Of a stretch of 64,000 nucleotides of DNA, positions 46,553-55,858 are shown in pieces. Location of the stretch: positions 36,874 through 100,873 of the forward strand of contig RPQH01000001.1 of NCBI GenBank assembly GCA_003820375.1, read 5' to 3'. The notes beneath the pieces are model-generated. The model worked only from the letters and a program-made list of their open reading frames with translations, did no database searches and was not told the DNA's origin. The translations under genes and the position numbers were made by a program. The DNA is from Ignavibacteriota bacterium. GTDB lineage: Bacteria > Bacteroidota > Ignavibacteria > Tepidaquicellales > OLB5. Numbering within the stretch: the stretch's first letter is position 1; every line of letters begins with the position of its first letter.

Positions 46553-49231
46553 ATGGCAATACAGTCGAAATTCAGAACTGAAGCGGAAAGAAAATCAACC
46601 AAAGATACAGATCACTTCACAGACAGGGAATTCTATAAAGAGCAGTTCAGGGTTGCATTTGAAAATAATCAAAATGATATACACAACTTACTGGTCTATT
46701 ATGGTGTGGGTGGTATAGGCAAAAGTGCATTAAGAAAAGAGATACAAAAAATTATAAGCGAGGAATTTAAAAGTGTTATATTTCAGAGCATTGATTTTGA
46801 TCTTAGTGTATACAGACAGGAAGAGACTGCACTTTATTATTTGAGAAAAAACTTTAAAGATAGTGCTAAGATATCGTTTCCTACATTTGATATTGCCTAT
46901 GCAGTTTATTGGCAGAAGATCCATCCTAACACACCTCTTACAAAAGAATCATTATCACTTCTGGAGGACAGCAGTATTGTAATGAGCCTGATATCTACAC
47001 TTGGACAGATACCATTAGTAGGACTGATTCCCGGAATTACCAAAACTATTATTAAAAGTACCAAAAAGCTTCAGGAATGGTGGACTAAAAGAGGGCAGAA
47101 AGATTTATATAATCTTCCTCAATTGGAAGCAAAAGATATACTGGTCCGTCTGCCGATGTTTTTTGCTTCCGACCTTAAAGAACATATAAGAGAAAATAAT
47201 TCCAGATGTGTTATTCTTTTTGATACATATGAGGCATTGTGGGAGAATGTCAAATCTGAGAGTAGTTTCTTTTTATTCGATGAGTGGATAAGAGAGTTGG
47301 TGTCAGAGCTTCCGGAACCGCTCTGGATATTTTTCGGAAGGGAAAGGCTTAGATGGAGTGAATTAGATATGGAATGGGAGCAGTATATTAAACAGCATCT
47401 TATTGGAGGATTAACTGAAACGGATTCTAAACAGCTTCTTTGCTCATACAATATTATTAATGAAAATATTCAGAATATTATAGCTAAAGCAAGTGAAGGA
47501 GTGCCCTATTACCTTGATCTTGCAGTCGATCAGTATAATCAGATAAAGAATAATTTAAAAAAAGAGCCTGAAGAAAGTGATTTCGCTGTAACACAGAATG
47601 ATGTACTTTCCAGATTTTTAAAGTATCTTGATAAAAATGAAATTGAGACCCTGAAAGTACTATCGGTAGCAAGGAAATGGAATGCGGAAATATTTGCTCT
47701 GTTAATAGACAGGTTTCAAACCGGTTACCCGGTTACAGCTTTGAATGAACTGGCAAGGTTTTCATTCATTCAATTCAATGAACAGAAAAACAGTTATAGA
47801 ATTAATACCCTGATGGCTGAGGGTCTTAAGACAAAAATGGAAGATCAAATAAAGACCCAAATTCATAAATGCCTGTTTAAATATTATAAAGAAATACTTG
47901 AAAAGCTGGATACGAAAAATATAACGGCTGAAGCAAGCAGTGCACTTAATGAGGCGTTCTACCATGGGAAAAGAGTTTTTGGCATAGCTGAATTTACTGA
48001 ATGGTTTTATAAAATTTTTCATAACTTCAGTGAAGCAGGAAAATGGAGAGAGCTTACTCCGTTAATGGAGGATCTTTCTGAGATTATCTTTCAGCAAAAA
48101 GGAAATGACAGTTTGCTATATGCAGAAAGCCTTAATAAAACTGCAGCTCTGCTCATACAGTTATTTCAGCTTGATAGAGCTGAAAACATGCTTCAGACTG
48201 CTTTAGAAATTTACGAAAAGACAGGAAATTCAAATGAACTGGGTGTATCATCTGTAACCACCAATCTTGCAAAGCTGTTTAAAGAATCAGGAAAATATGA
48301 AGAAGCAATTAAACTATATAATAAAAATATTGACTTATTCAGAAGCTTAGGGTTATCAGATAATGAAAAATATGCTGAACTTTTAGATAATCTAGGTTCA
48401 GTTTTGAGAGATAGCGGAAGGTATAATGATGCTATTGAAACACATGAAAAAGCGTTGGAGTTAAAGAAAAGAATATTCGGAGAGAAACATCAGGAATGTG
48501 CAAGGACTGTAAACAATAAAGCTATCACATACGCAATCATGAATGATAAAAAAATGGCTAAGCGTATGTTTGAGGAAGCACTGAGTATTACTGAGAAGGT
48601 GTATAATTCTAAACATCCATTATATGCTGCTATAATAACTAATCTTGGAAGTATTTATTTTGATGAAGGTCAGTACGAAAAAGCTTTAGAATTTGGTAAA
48701 CTGGCCCTGGAAATTAAAGCGGAAATTTATGGGGAAAACCATACGGTATATGGAACATCGCTGGGTAATATTGGAAGTGCTTACCAGAGGATAGGAGAAT
48801 ATGAAAAATCATTGGAATGCCATAAAAGAGAAATGGAAATTTTCAAAAAGTTGTGCGGAACATCTCATTACAATTACCTCTTCAGCATCTCTAATATTGC
48901 CGTTGTATATATATCGTTAAAACAATATTACAATTGCCTGTCAGTTTGCAAAGAAATTAGAGAGATTGGGATTGACATCAGAGATTTTAATAAGGAGTTG
49001 TATGCTCTAATTTTCAGCTGTGAAATAAAAGCTTATCAAGAAACAGGTGAATATGAAAATGCCATAACTGCATGCGAAGATTATATTGAACTAATGACTG
49101 ATAAGACTGTAGAGACATCAGTAATACCATATTTAGAAACCTGTAATGATATAATTAATATCTACGAACAAACAGGCAAGGCAAAGGAAGCAGAAGATTT
49201 AAGAAGGAAGATTTCAGACAATAATCTATGA
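46553..49231 (+). CDS. STAND-type P-loop NTPase with C-terminal TPR (KLC-like) repeats
   Basis: LLVYYGVGGIGKSAL Walker A ~45 aa from the N-terminus. CVILFDTYEALW Walker B. C-terminal repeated ..Y.EA...Y.KAL.I......G..H.. TPR units. Confidence 0.7.
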   Translation: MAIQSKFRTEAERKSTKDTDHFTDREFYKEQFRVAFENNQNDIHNLLVYYGVGGIGKSALRKEIQKIISEEFKSVIFQSIDFDLSVYRQEETALYYLRKNFKDSAKISFPTFDIAYAVYWQKIHPNTPLTKESLSLLEDSSIVMSLISTLGQIPLVGLIPGITKTIIKSTKKLQEWWTKRGQKDLYNLPQLEAKDILVRLPMFFASDLKEHIRENNSRCVILFDTYEALWENVKSESSFFLFDEWIRELVSELPEPLWIFFGRERLRWSELDMEWEQYIKQHLIGGLTETDSKQLLCSYNIINENIQNIIAKASEGVPYYLDLAVDQYNQIKNNLKKEPEESDFAVTQNDVLSRFLKYLDKNEIETLKVLSVARKWNAEIFALLIDRFQTGYPVTALNELARFSFIQFNEQKNSYRINTLMAEGLKTKMEDQIKTQIHKCLFKYYKEILEKLDTKNITAEASSALNEAFYHGKRVFGIAEFTEWFYKIFHNFSEAGKWRELTPLMEDLSEIIFQQKGNDSLLYAESLNKTAALLIQLFQLDRAENMLQTALEIYEKTGNSNELGVSSVTTNLAKLFKESGKYEEAIKLYNKNIDLFRSLGLSDNEKYAELLDNLGSVLRDSGRYNDAIETHEKALELKKRIFGEKHQECARTVNNKAITYAIMNDKKMAKRMFEEALSITEKVYNSKHPLYAAIITNLGSIYFDEGQYEKALEFGKLALEIKAEIYGENHTVYGTSLGNIGSAYQRIGEYEKSLECHKREMEIFKKLCGTSHYNYLFSISNIAVVYISLKQYYNCLSVCKEIREIGIDIRDFNKELYALIFSCEIKAYQETGEYENAITACEDYIELMTDKTVETSVIPYLETCNDIINIYEQTGKAKEAEDLRRKISDNNL

Positions 49232-49824
49232 AAAAAGTCATATTAATTGGCGGTGCACCGTTTACAGGCAAATCTACACTTGCAAGGGAACTTGCTGCAA
49301 AATTCAATTATGCGTGTATTTCAACTGATGATTTAGGAACAGCAGTTAAAGCTATATCACCGGACCCTGCTTTCAATCCAATGAAAGATTTACCGCATTG
49401 GAAGTACTATCAGGAACATACAGTCCAGGAACTATTTGATCATACTATTCTCTACCATCAAAAGTTAATGCCTTCTGTTAAAGCTGTGATTGAGGGACAT
49501 TCAAAAACCGGTTATCCAGCGGTTATTGAAGGGTGGGCTTTGTACCCGGATTGGGTTGACTCATTGCCTTATGAAAATATTGATTCGCTGTGGTTAACCG
49601 CCTCAAAAGTTATTTTGAAAACCAGAGTTCTTGCCGATAAATTATTTTATTCAGATGTCCCTGACCCGGATATTTTTATAAATCATTATTCTGAAAGAAA
49701 CGTTTGGCTTAATAAGAAAATAGAGGCAGATGCAAAATCTCTTGGTATGAAAATAATTGAAATAGATTCAAACACTGACCGTGAAAATCTTTTATTAAAT
49801 GCCTGTAAACAGTTACAAACCTAA
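49228..49824 (+). CDS. P-loop kinase-like ATPase (AAA_33 / 2-phosphoglycerate-kinase-like)
   Basis: ILIGGAPFTGKSTLAREL Walker A. The start overlaps the STAND gene stop (ATGA). Confidence 0.55.
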   Translation: MKKVILIGGAPFTGKSTLARELAAKFNYACISTDDLGTAVKAISPDPAFNPMKDLPHWKYYQEHTVQELFDHTILYHQKLMPSVKAVIEGHSKTGYPAVIEGWALYPDWVDSLPYENIDSLWLTASKVILKTRVLADKLFYSDVPDPDIFINHYSERNVWLNKKIEADAKSLGMKIIEIDSNTDRENLLLNACKQLQT

Positions 49825-49999
49825 TATTAAATATTTTTTAACATGAAGCAAATTTAATCTCAACACTTATTACTCGCATATCATTAGTTCCTGTATTTTT
49901 TAAAAACATGCAAGTCAAAGGTTCTGAATTGAAACTATTTCCAAAATAAACCGTCTAAAATAATATAAAATTATTTGTATAATTTCTTCAATAGAATAA

Positions 50000-50884
50000 T
50001 TGAATCAAAAAAATAACTTGATTCGAAATTTTATAGTCATGTACACACTAAAAAATACCTCAAAGCAGATAATCACGTTTATAGCTGTCACAATAATTAT
50101 ATCAACCGGAATATTTATATGGATGTTTAATGGTGCTAAAAATAATACCATAGCAGTATTAATAATGATGTGGACACCGGGAATTTCTGCAATAATTACT
50201 TCTTTGATTTATAAAGAAAAAATTAGTGATTTTGGCTGGAAACCGGGAAAAATGCGTTTTTTAATTTATGCTTATATATTGCCATTAGTTGTTTCTCTTA
50301 TTGCATATGGATTTACCTGGCTGAGCGGTTTTGCTGAATTCACAGCAAGTGCAGTTGTAAATTACAAATGGGCGAAATTGCTTGGCTTTGAACTGCCTGC
50401 ACCTTTTTTTATTGGAGTATTTTCTAAAATGTCATTAGGATTCATGTTAACTTGTGTTGTTGTATTAGGTGAAGAAATTGGATGGAGCGGTTTTTTAACA
50501 CCTAAGCTTTTAAAATTATATTCCATACCTGTTGTATCTATATTCATTGGAATTTTCTGGTCTGTTTGGCACTATCCGGCTATAATCGGAGGATTTTATG
50601 GACAAGGGACTCCATTGTGGATTTCTTTACCGGGATTTACTTTAGTATTAACGGGTTTATCATTTGTAAGAACTGTGCTGGTACAAAAATCAAAAAGTCT
50701 ATGGACCGGTGTTGTTCTTCATTCAAGCAGCAATATTATATTAATGGGTATGTTCTACGAAATGACAGTTCACAAAGGATATGCTGCATATATTGTTTCG
50801 GAAACGGGAATATTCACAGGTATTGTATTTGTTATTATATCATTAATATTTATAAAATTTCAAAAACATTTGACCTATGCATAA
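50000..50884 (+). CDS. CPBP-family (CAAX/Abi) intramembrane glutamic protease
   Basis: VLGEEIGWSGF (EExxxR-like), FWSVWHYP and VVLHSSSNI motifs in a multi-TM protein. The ORF-track start is TTG; an ATG at 50039 (MYTLKN) is an alternative. Confidence 0.65.
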   Translation: MNQKNNLIRNFIVMYTLKNTSKQIITFIAVTIIISTGIFIWMFNGAKNNTIAVLIMMWTPGISAIITSLIYKEKISDFGWKPGKMRFLIYAYILPLVVSLIAYGFTWLSGFAEFTASAVVNYKWAKLLGFELPAPFFIGVFSKMSLGFMLTCVVVLGEEIGWSGFLTPKLLKLYSIPVVSIFIGIFWSVWHYPAIIGGFYGQGTPLWISLPGFTLVLTGLSFVRTVLVQKSKSLWTGVVLHSSSNIILMGMFYEMTVHKGYAAYIVSETGIFTGIVFVIISLIFIKFQKHLTYA

Positions 50885-50896
50885 ATAGTAAACAGA

Positions 50897-52357
50897 TTAA
50901 TGAATTGGATCAATCTCAATAGAACTTTTTTCTGTTAGCCGCTTTGCCATACCGTTAAATACAAAAAAGTGAAAAGGCCAAACAAAGTACCAATATAGCC
51001 TCCCTGCTAATCCTTTTGGCCTGAAAGTTGCAGTTTGCACAAGCTTACTTTCTTTATTTTTCTTTACAATTTTAAATTCCAGCCATGCTTCACCGGGTAA
51101 TTTCATTTCAGCATATAACAAAAGGCGCATATCTTTTTTATCAGCGGCTAATACTCTCCAATAATCGAGCGCATCGCCGGGATTTATAATATTCTGATTT
51201 GTTCTGCCGTGTCTCAATCCAACTCCGCCAACAAGTTTATCCAGGAATCCGCGTATTTTCCAGAGAAAGTTTGCGTAATACCATCCGTGTTTTCCGCCAA
51301 GACTCCATATTTTTTCAAGCACTAACTCAGGCGATGTTTGTATTTCCTTTTCTCTTTTATCTATAAAACATCCTTCAACAGGTACACTTATGCAGCTTGA
51401 TAAAATTATTCCCTTTGAACCCGATGCAAGTGAATCCTTCCAGCTTGAAACTACCTCGTTCTGTTCAATTTTAGTAAATGCCATTTTAACTGCATCTTTA
51501 TAGCTTATTGGTGTAATGCCAAGCATATTTTGTAATTCCGGGTTATTGAAATCTCTTGCAATAATTTCTACCTTCATACTATTAACCAGATTTACTGCAA
51601 GCTTATAAGAGGTAGATGTTACAAAGTAAAGCCAGTATGAAGACAGTTTTGGTGTCATCACAGGTAATGTTATTATGTATCTCTTAAGACCTCTTACCTC
51701 GGCAAATTTTAAAAGCATCTGCTTATATGTTAAAATATCCGGTCCTCCAATATCAAAATCCCTGTTGTATGTTTTTTCATTTAGTATTACCCCGGTCAGG
51801 TATTGCAGTACATTGCGGATTGCAACCGGTTGATGTTTTGTATTAAGCCATTTTGGAGTAATCATTACAGGCAATTTTTCCACAAGGTCACGAATAATTT
51901 CAAATGAGGCACTTCCTGAGCCGAGTATAATACCTGCCCTTAAAACAGTTAATGGAATCCCGGATTGCTTCAAAACTTCCTCTGTTCTTTTTCTTGAACT
52001 TAGATGGCGTGATAGCTTTTTTTCATTTGATATTCCGCTAAGATAAATAATTTGCTTTGCCCCTGAATCCTTGATAAACTTTATGAAATTTTCCGCTGAA
52101 TGTTTTTCCATTTCTTCAAAAGAACCGACATTTGATGCCATAGAATGTATCAGATAATAAGCAGCGTCAGTATCCTCCGGGATTTTGTTTTCGTCTATTT
52201 CATTTAAAAAATCAACTTCAATAATTTCAGTATTTGGAATTTGTCTAAAACGGCTTTTATCCCTGACACAGCAAATAACGTAATGACCTAATTCAAGTAG
52301 CTGAGGAAGCAGTCTTTTTCCTATATATCCATTTGCACCGGTTAATAATATTCTCAT
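50897..52357 (-). CDS. NAD(P)-binding SDR/NmrA-like protein with a C-terminal DUF2867-like domain
   Basis: MRILLTGANGYIGKRLL Rossmann motif. Confidence 0.65.
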   Translation of the reverse strand: MRILLTGANGYIGKRLLPQLLELGHYVICCVRDKSRFRQIPNTEIIEVDFLNEIDENKIPEDTDAAYYLIHSMASNVGSFEEMEKHSAENFIKFIKDSGAKQIIYLSGISNEKKLSRHLSSRKRTEEVLKQSGIPLTVLRAGIILGSGSASFEIIRDLVEKLPVMITPKWLNTKHQPVAIRNVLQYLTGVILNEKTYNRDFDIGGPDILTYKQMLLKFAEVRGLKRYIITLPVMTPKLSSYWLYFVTSTSYKLAVNLVNSMKVEIIARDFNNPELQNMLGITPISYKDAVKMAFTKIEQNEVVSSWKDSLASGSKGIILSSCISVPVEGCFIDKREKEIQTSPELVLEKIWSLGGKHGWYYANFLWKIRGFLDKLVGGVGLRHGRTNQNIINPGDALDYWRVLAADKKDMRLLLYAEMKLPGEAWLEFKIVKKNKESKLVQTATFRPKGLAGRLYWYFVWPFHFFVFNGMAKRLTEKSSIEIDPIH

Positions 52358-52585
52358 TTATTGCTGTTATAAATTATCCGTTTAGTAAATTCCACTGACC
52401 TTTATATATTCATTATAATTTTAGTAACCATGAATACTATAACGGAATTCCAGTACTGACTGTGTTAAATAGGAACTTTAATATGAAAATAGTTCAGTTA
52501 TATTATTTTTCAAATTTATTAAACGAACGTAAATTAAAACTTTTTAATTATCATATAAATATTCGGAAATTAATACCTGTTTAAA

Positions 52586-55261
52586 ATGGCAATACGTTCA
52601 AAATTCAGAGCTGAAACGGAACGTGCATCAATCAAAAGTGTAAACCATTTCACCGATAGAGTATTCTATATGGAGCAGTTTCGCAAAGCATTTGAGGCTA
52701 ATCTGTATGATGTTCATAATATACTTGTTTATTACGGAGTGGGAGGTATTGGGAAAAGCTCTTTAAAAAAAGAGATACAAAAATACATTAAAGAGAATCA
52801 CAGCGGGGCAATCACTGAAAGTATTGATCTTGACCTCAGTGTTTACAGGCAGGAAGAAACTGCATTATACTACCTTAGGAAAAATTTAAAAGATAAATAC
52901 AAAATTTCTTTTCCAACTTTTGATATTGCTTATGCGGTTTACTGGCAAAAAACTCATCCTAATACTTCGCTGACAAAAGAAAATTTAACGTTGTTCGATG
53001 ATAGCAGTATTGTAGTAAGTCTTGTCTCAACTTTGGGAAGTATTCCGTTAGTTGGTCTGTTACCCGGATTATCAAAAGCAATTTATAAAAGCAGCAAAGT
53101 TCTTAAAGAATGGTGGACAAAAAGAGGACAAAAGGAACTGTACAACCTCCCTGAACTGGAAGCAAAGGATATTTTGCTCCGCCTACCGGTATATTTTGCT
53201 TCTGACTTGAAGGAACACATCAGGAAAAATAACTCCCAATGCATTTTACTTATAGATACATATGACGCATTATGGGAGAATATAAAAACGGAAGAAAATT
53301 ATTTTCTTGTTGATGAATGGGTAAGAGAACTTGTTTCGGAACTGCCCGAACCACTTTGGATTTTCTTCGGCAGGGAGAAACTCAGGTGGAGTGAATTGAA
53401 CAGTGAATGGGAACAATATATCAAGCAGCATCTTATCGGGGGATTATCGGAAATAGATTCGAAACGGCTTCTTAGTTCTTATAATATTTATAATGAAGAT
53501 ATCCGGAATATTATTGTTAAAGCGAGTGAAGGCGTACCTCATTATATCGACCTTGCAGTGGACCAATATTACCAGATAAAAAACAATCACAACAGAGAAC
53601 CTGAAGAAAAGGACTTTGCAAAGACCCAGCAGGAAGTATTGACCAGGTTTTTGAGATATCTGGATAAAAATGAGATTGAGACTCTGAAAGTCCTTTCAAT
53701 TGCCAGAAGGTGGGATAGTGAGATATTTTCCTTATTAATTGATAAATTCAATACAGGATATCCCATTACAGCATTGAAAAGTTTTACAAGGTTTTCATTT
53801 GTGAAACACGATGAGGATAATAATTCTTATTCCATACATAAATTAATGAATGAAGGGCTACATTCTTTAATAAACGAAAACATTAAAACAAAGATCCATA
53901 AATATCTTTTTGATTATTATAATAATGAACTTAATGCTATAGATGTTAAAAATGTTACTTTTAAAACATATACGTCATTTATTGAGGCGTTTTATCATGG
54001 TAAGAATATTTTAACCACTGAAGAATTGACGGATTGGTTTTATAAAAAAATGAGTGTATTCAGTGAAGCTGCAAAATGGAAAGAACTAATTCCACTGACT
54101 GAGGAAATTGTATACATTACGGAAAAATCATTTGGTAACAAAAGTCTTGAATATGCAAATGCTTTAGAAAAAATTTGTTTACTTTACAATATAATTGGAC
54201 AATATGCTAAATCGGAAAAACTGCTAATAGAAGCACTTAATATATTCAGGCAAAAGAAGCTTGATAACACTCCGAAAGTGATAATAATTCTAAGGGAATT
54301 AGCATTTATTTTATCTGAATCAGCAAAATTTGAAGAAGCTATTAAGCTTTACAAAAAATCCGGTGAAATATTGGAAAAAAATGACATGAAAGTAAGCCCG
54401 GGATATGCAGATATTCTTGGCAATATTGGAAAAATCCTTGGCAGTACGGGTAGGTTTAAGGAAGCTATAAAATTGAATGAAGAAGCTTTGGATATAAGAA
54501 GGATATGTTATGGTGAAAACCATACTTCTATTGCGATGTCAATGAATAGTCTTGGAATTTTATATTACCTGCTAAATGATTTTGATAAGGCATTAGATTT
54601 TTATGACAAAGCTTTAAATATCTGCAAATCTGCGTTGGGTGAAGAACATCCCTTGTATGCATCTATTATAAATAATAAAGCAATAATTTTCAGCCAGAGA
54701 AAACAGAATGATATTGCATTAAGCTTATTTGATAAAGTGGCTGAAATAAAAAAAAATATATATGGCGATCAGCACCCAAATTACGGAGAGATATTAGGCA
54801 ATTTAGGAGTAACAAATTATTTTATTGGAAATTACGAAAAAGCATTATTCTATCTTGAAAAAGAAAAAGAAATAGAACTAAAATATTTTGGTACAAAGCA
54901 TTGGAAATACATTTTCACTACCAGGGATATTGCTGCAGTTTATTACCGCTTAAAACAGTATGATAAATGCCTTTCAGTTTGCTTCGAGATTGATGAAAAT
55001 AGTATTAAGGAACATAATAAAGATGTGTATTCGGAATTATTGTTTTTAAAAATAATATCATATAAAGAAACAGGTAAGTATGAGAAAGCACTTCCTTTAT
55101 GTGATTCTTACATTGAACTGCCGGACGAATTAATTAAAAAAAATATTACAGATTACGATGCTGATATTTTGAATGAAATAATATTTATTTATGAAAAACA
55201 AGGTCTGTCAATTAAGGCAGAAAAGTTAAGAGAGAGATTTTCAATTAAAGCTCTTACATAA
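52586..55261 (+). CDS. STAND-type P-loop NTPase with TPR repeats, paralogue of 46553-49231
   Basis: Colinear with the first copy from MAI(Q/R)SKFR to the C-terminus. It has the same Walker A/B blocks (ILVYYGVGGIGKSSL, CILLIDTYDALW). Confidence 0.7.
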   Translation: MAIRSKFRAETERASIKSVNHFTDRVFYMEQFRKAFEANLYDVHNILVYYGVGGIGKSSLKKEIQKYIKENHSGAITESIDLDLSVYRQEETALYYLRKNLKDKYKISFPTFDIAYAVYWQKTHPNTSLTKENLTLFDDSSIVVSLVSTLGSIPLVGLLPGLSKAIYKSSKVLKEWWTKRGQKELYNLPELEAKDILLRLPVYFASDLKEHIRKNNSQCILLIDTYDALWENIKTEENYFLVDEWVRELVSELPEPLWIFFGREKLRWSELNSEWEQYIKQHLIGGLSEIDSKRLLSSYNIYNEDIRNIIVKASEGVPHYIDLAVDQYYQIKNNHNREPEEKDFAKTQQEVLTRFLRYLDKNEIETLKVLSIARRWDSEIFSLLIDKFNTGYPITALKSFTRFSFVKHDEDNNSYSIHKLMNEGLHSLINENIKTKIHKYLFDYYNNELNAIDVKNVTFKTYTSFIEAFYHGKNILTTEELTDWFYKKMSVFSEAAKWKELIPLTEEIVYITEKSFGNKSLEYANALEKICLLYNIIGQYAKSEKLLIEALNIFRQKKLDNTPKVIIILRELAFILSESAKFEEAIKLYKKSGEILEKNDMKVSPGYADILGNIGKILGSTGRFKEAIKLNEEALDIRRICYGENHTSIAMSMNSLGILYYLLNDFDKALDFYDKALNICKSALGEEHPLYASIINNKAIIFSQRKQNDIALSLFDKVAEIKKNIYGDQHPNYGEILGNLGVTNYFIGNYEKALFYLEKEKEIELKYFGTKHWKYIFTTRDIAAVYYRLKQYDKCLSVCFEIDENSIKEHNKDVYSELLFLKIISYKETGKYEKALPLCDSYIELPDELIKKNITDYDADILNEIIFIYEKQGLSIKAEKLRERFSIKALT

Positions 55262-55327
55262 AAAGGGGAGTGCTGTAACAATTTTGAGGAATTTTCCAGA
55301 TAGTTATATTGGAATTTTATGAAGTTA

Positions 55328-55477
55328 TTATTTATCCTTCCACAAGAAGTACTTCTTTAATTCATAGAACTTTACTTCTGCTTTTAATTCCCACCCCCAT
55401 TTTTCATAGAGCTTTACATTATTTTCATTTGCAGTATCTATCATAATGCCTTTTGCCTCTGGAATTAAGTCATTCAT
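55328..55477 (-). pseudogene. C-terminal fragment (49 codons) of a GNAT gene, paralogous to the 3' end of 58205-58810
   Basis: The fragment translates MNDLIPEAKGIMIDTANENNVKLYEKWGWELKAEVKFYELKKYFLWKDK*. The intact gene reads PEAQGILIDTANENNVKLYEKWGWELKAAVDFYQIKKYFLWKDKI*. Confidence 0.7.
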
Positions 55478-55858
55478 CTTTTAAAAATTAGTGATATCTA
55501 TTATTAACTGATAATATAAATTAAGAAGTTAGAGCAATTACAAATGGTATTTCATTAATTTCTAATATTACGACCTTTCTTTACCTATTTACAATATTAA
55601 TACTAAGATTAGCTCAAGAAATTATGGATTTTTTTTATGACAACTTTATTGAGCTAAACATTTGAGAAAACATTTCTTTGAAACTTAATATAAGTAAATA
55701 CTAGTCTTATTTAATCGGATTTTAAGAAAATTTCTCTTTGACTTAATAATAACCAAAAGCTTAGATTTGTAAATTATCATAATAAATCAAGTAATAATTA
55801 GATAAATAAATCGTAAAACAATATTTTATATAAACTTTCTTAAAATGGAGAAATAAAT

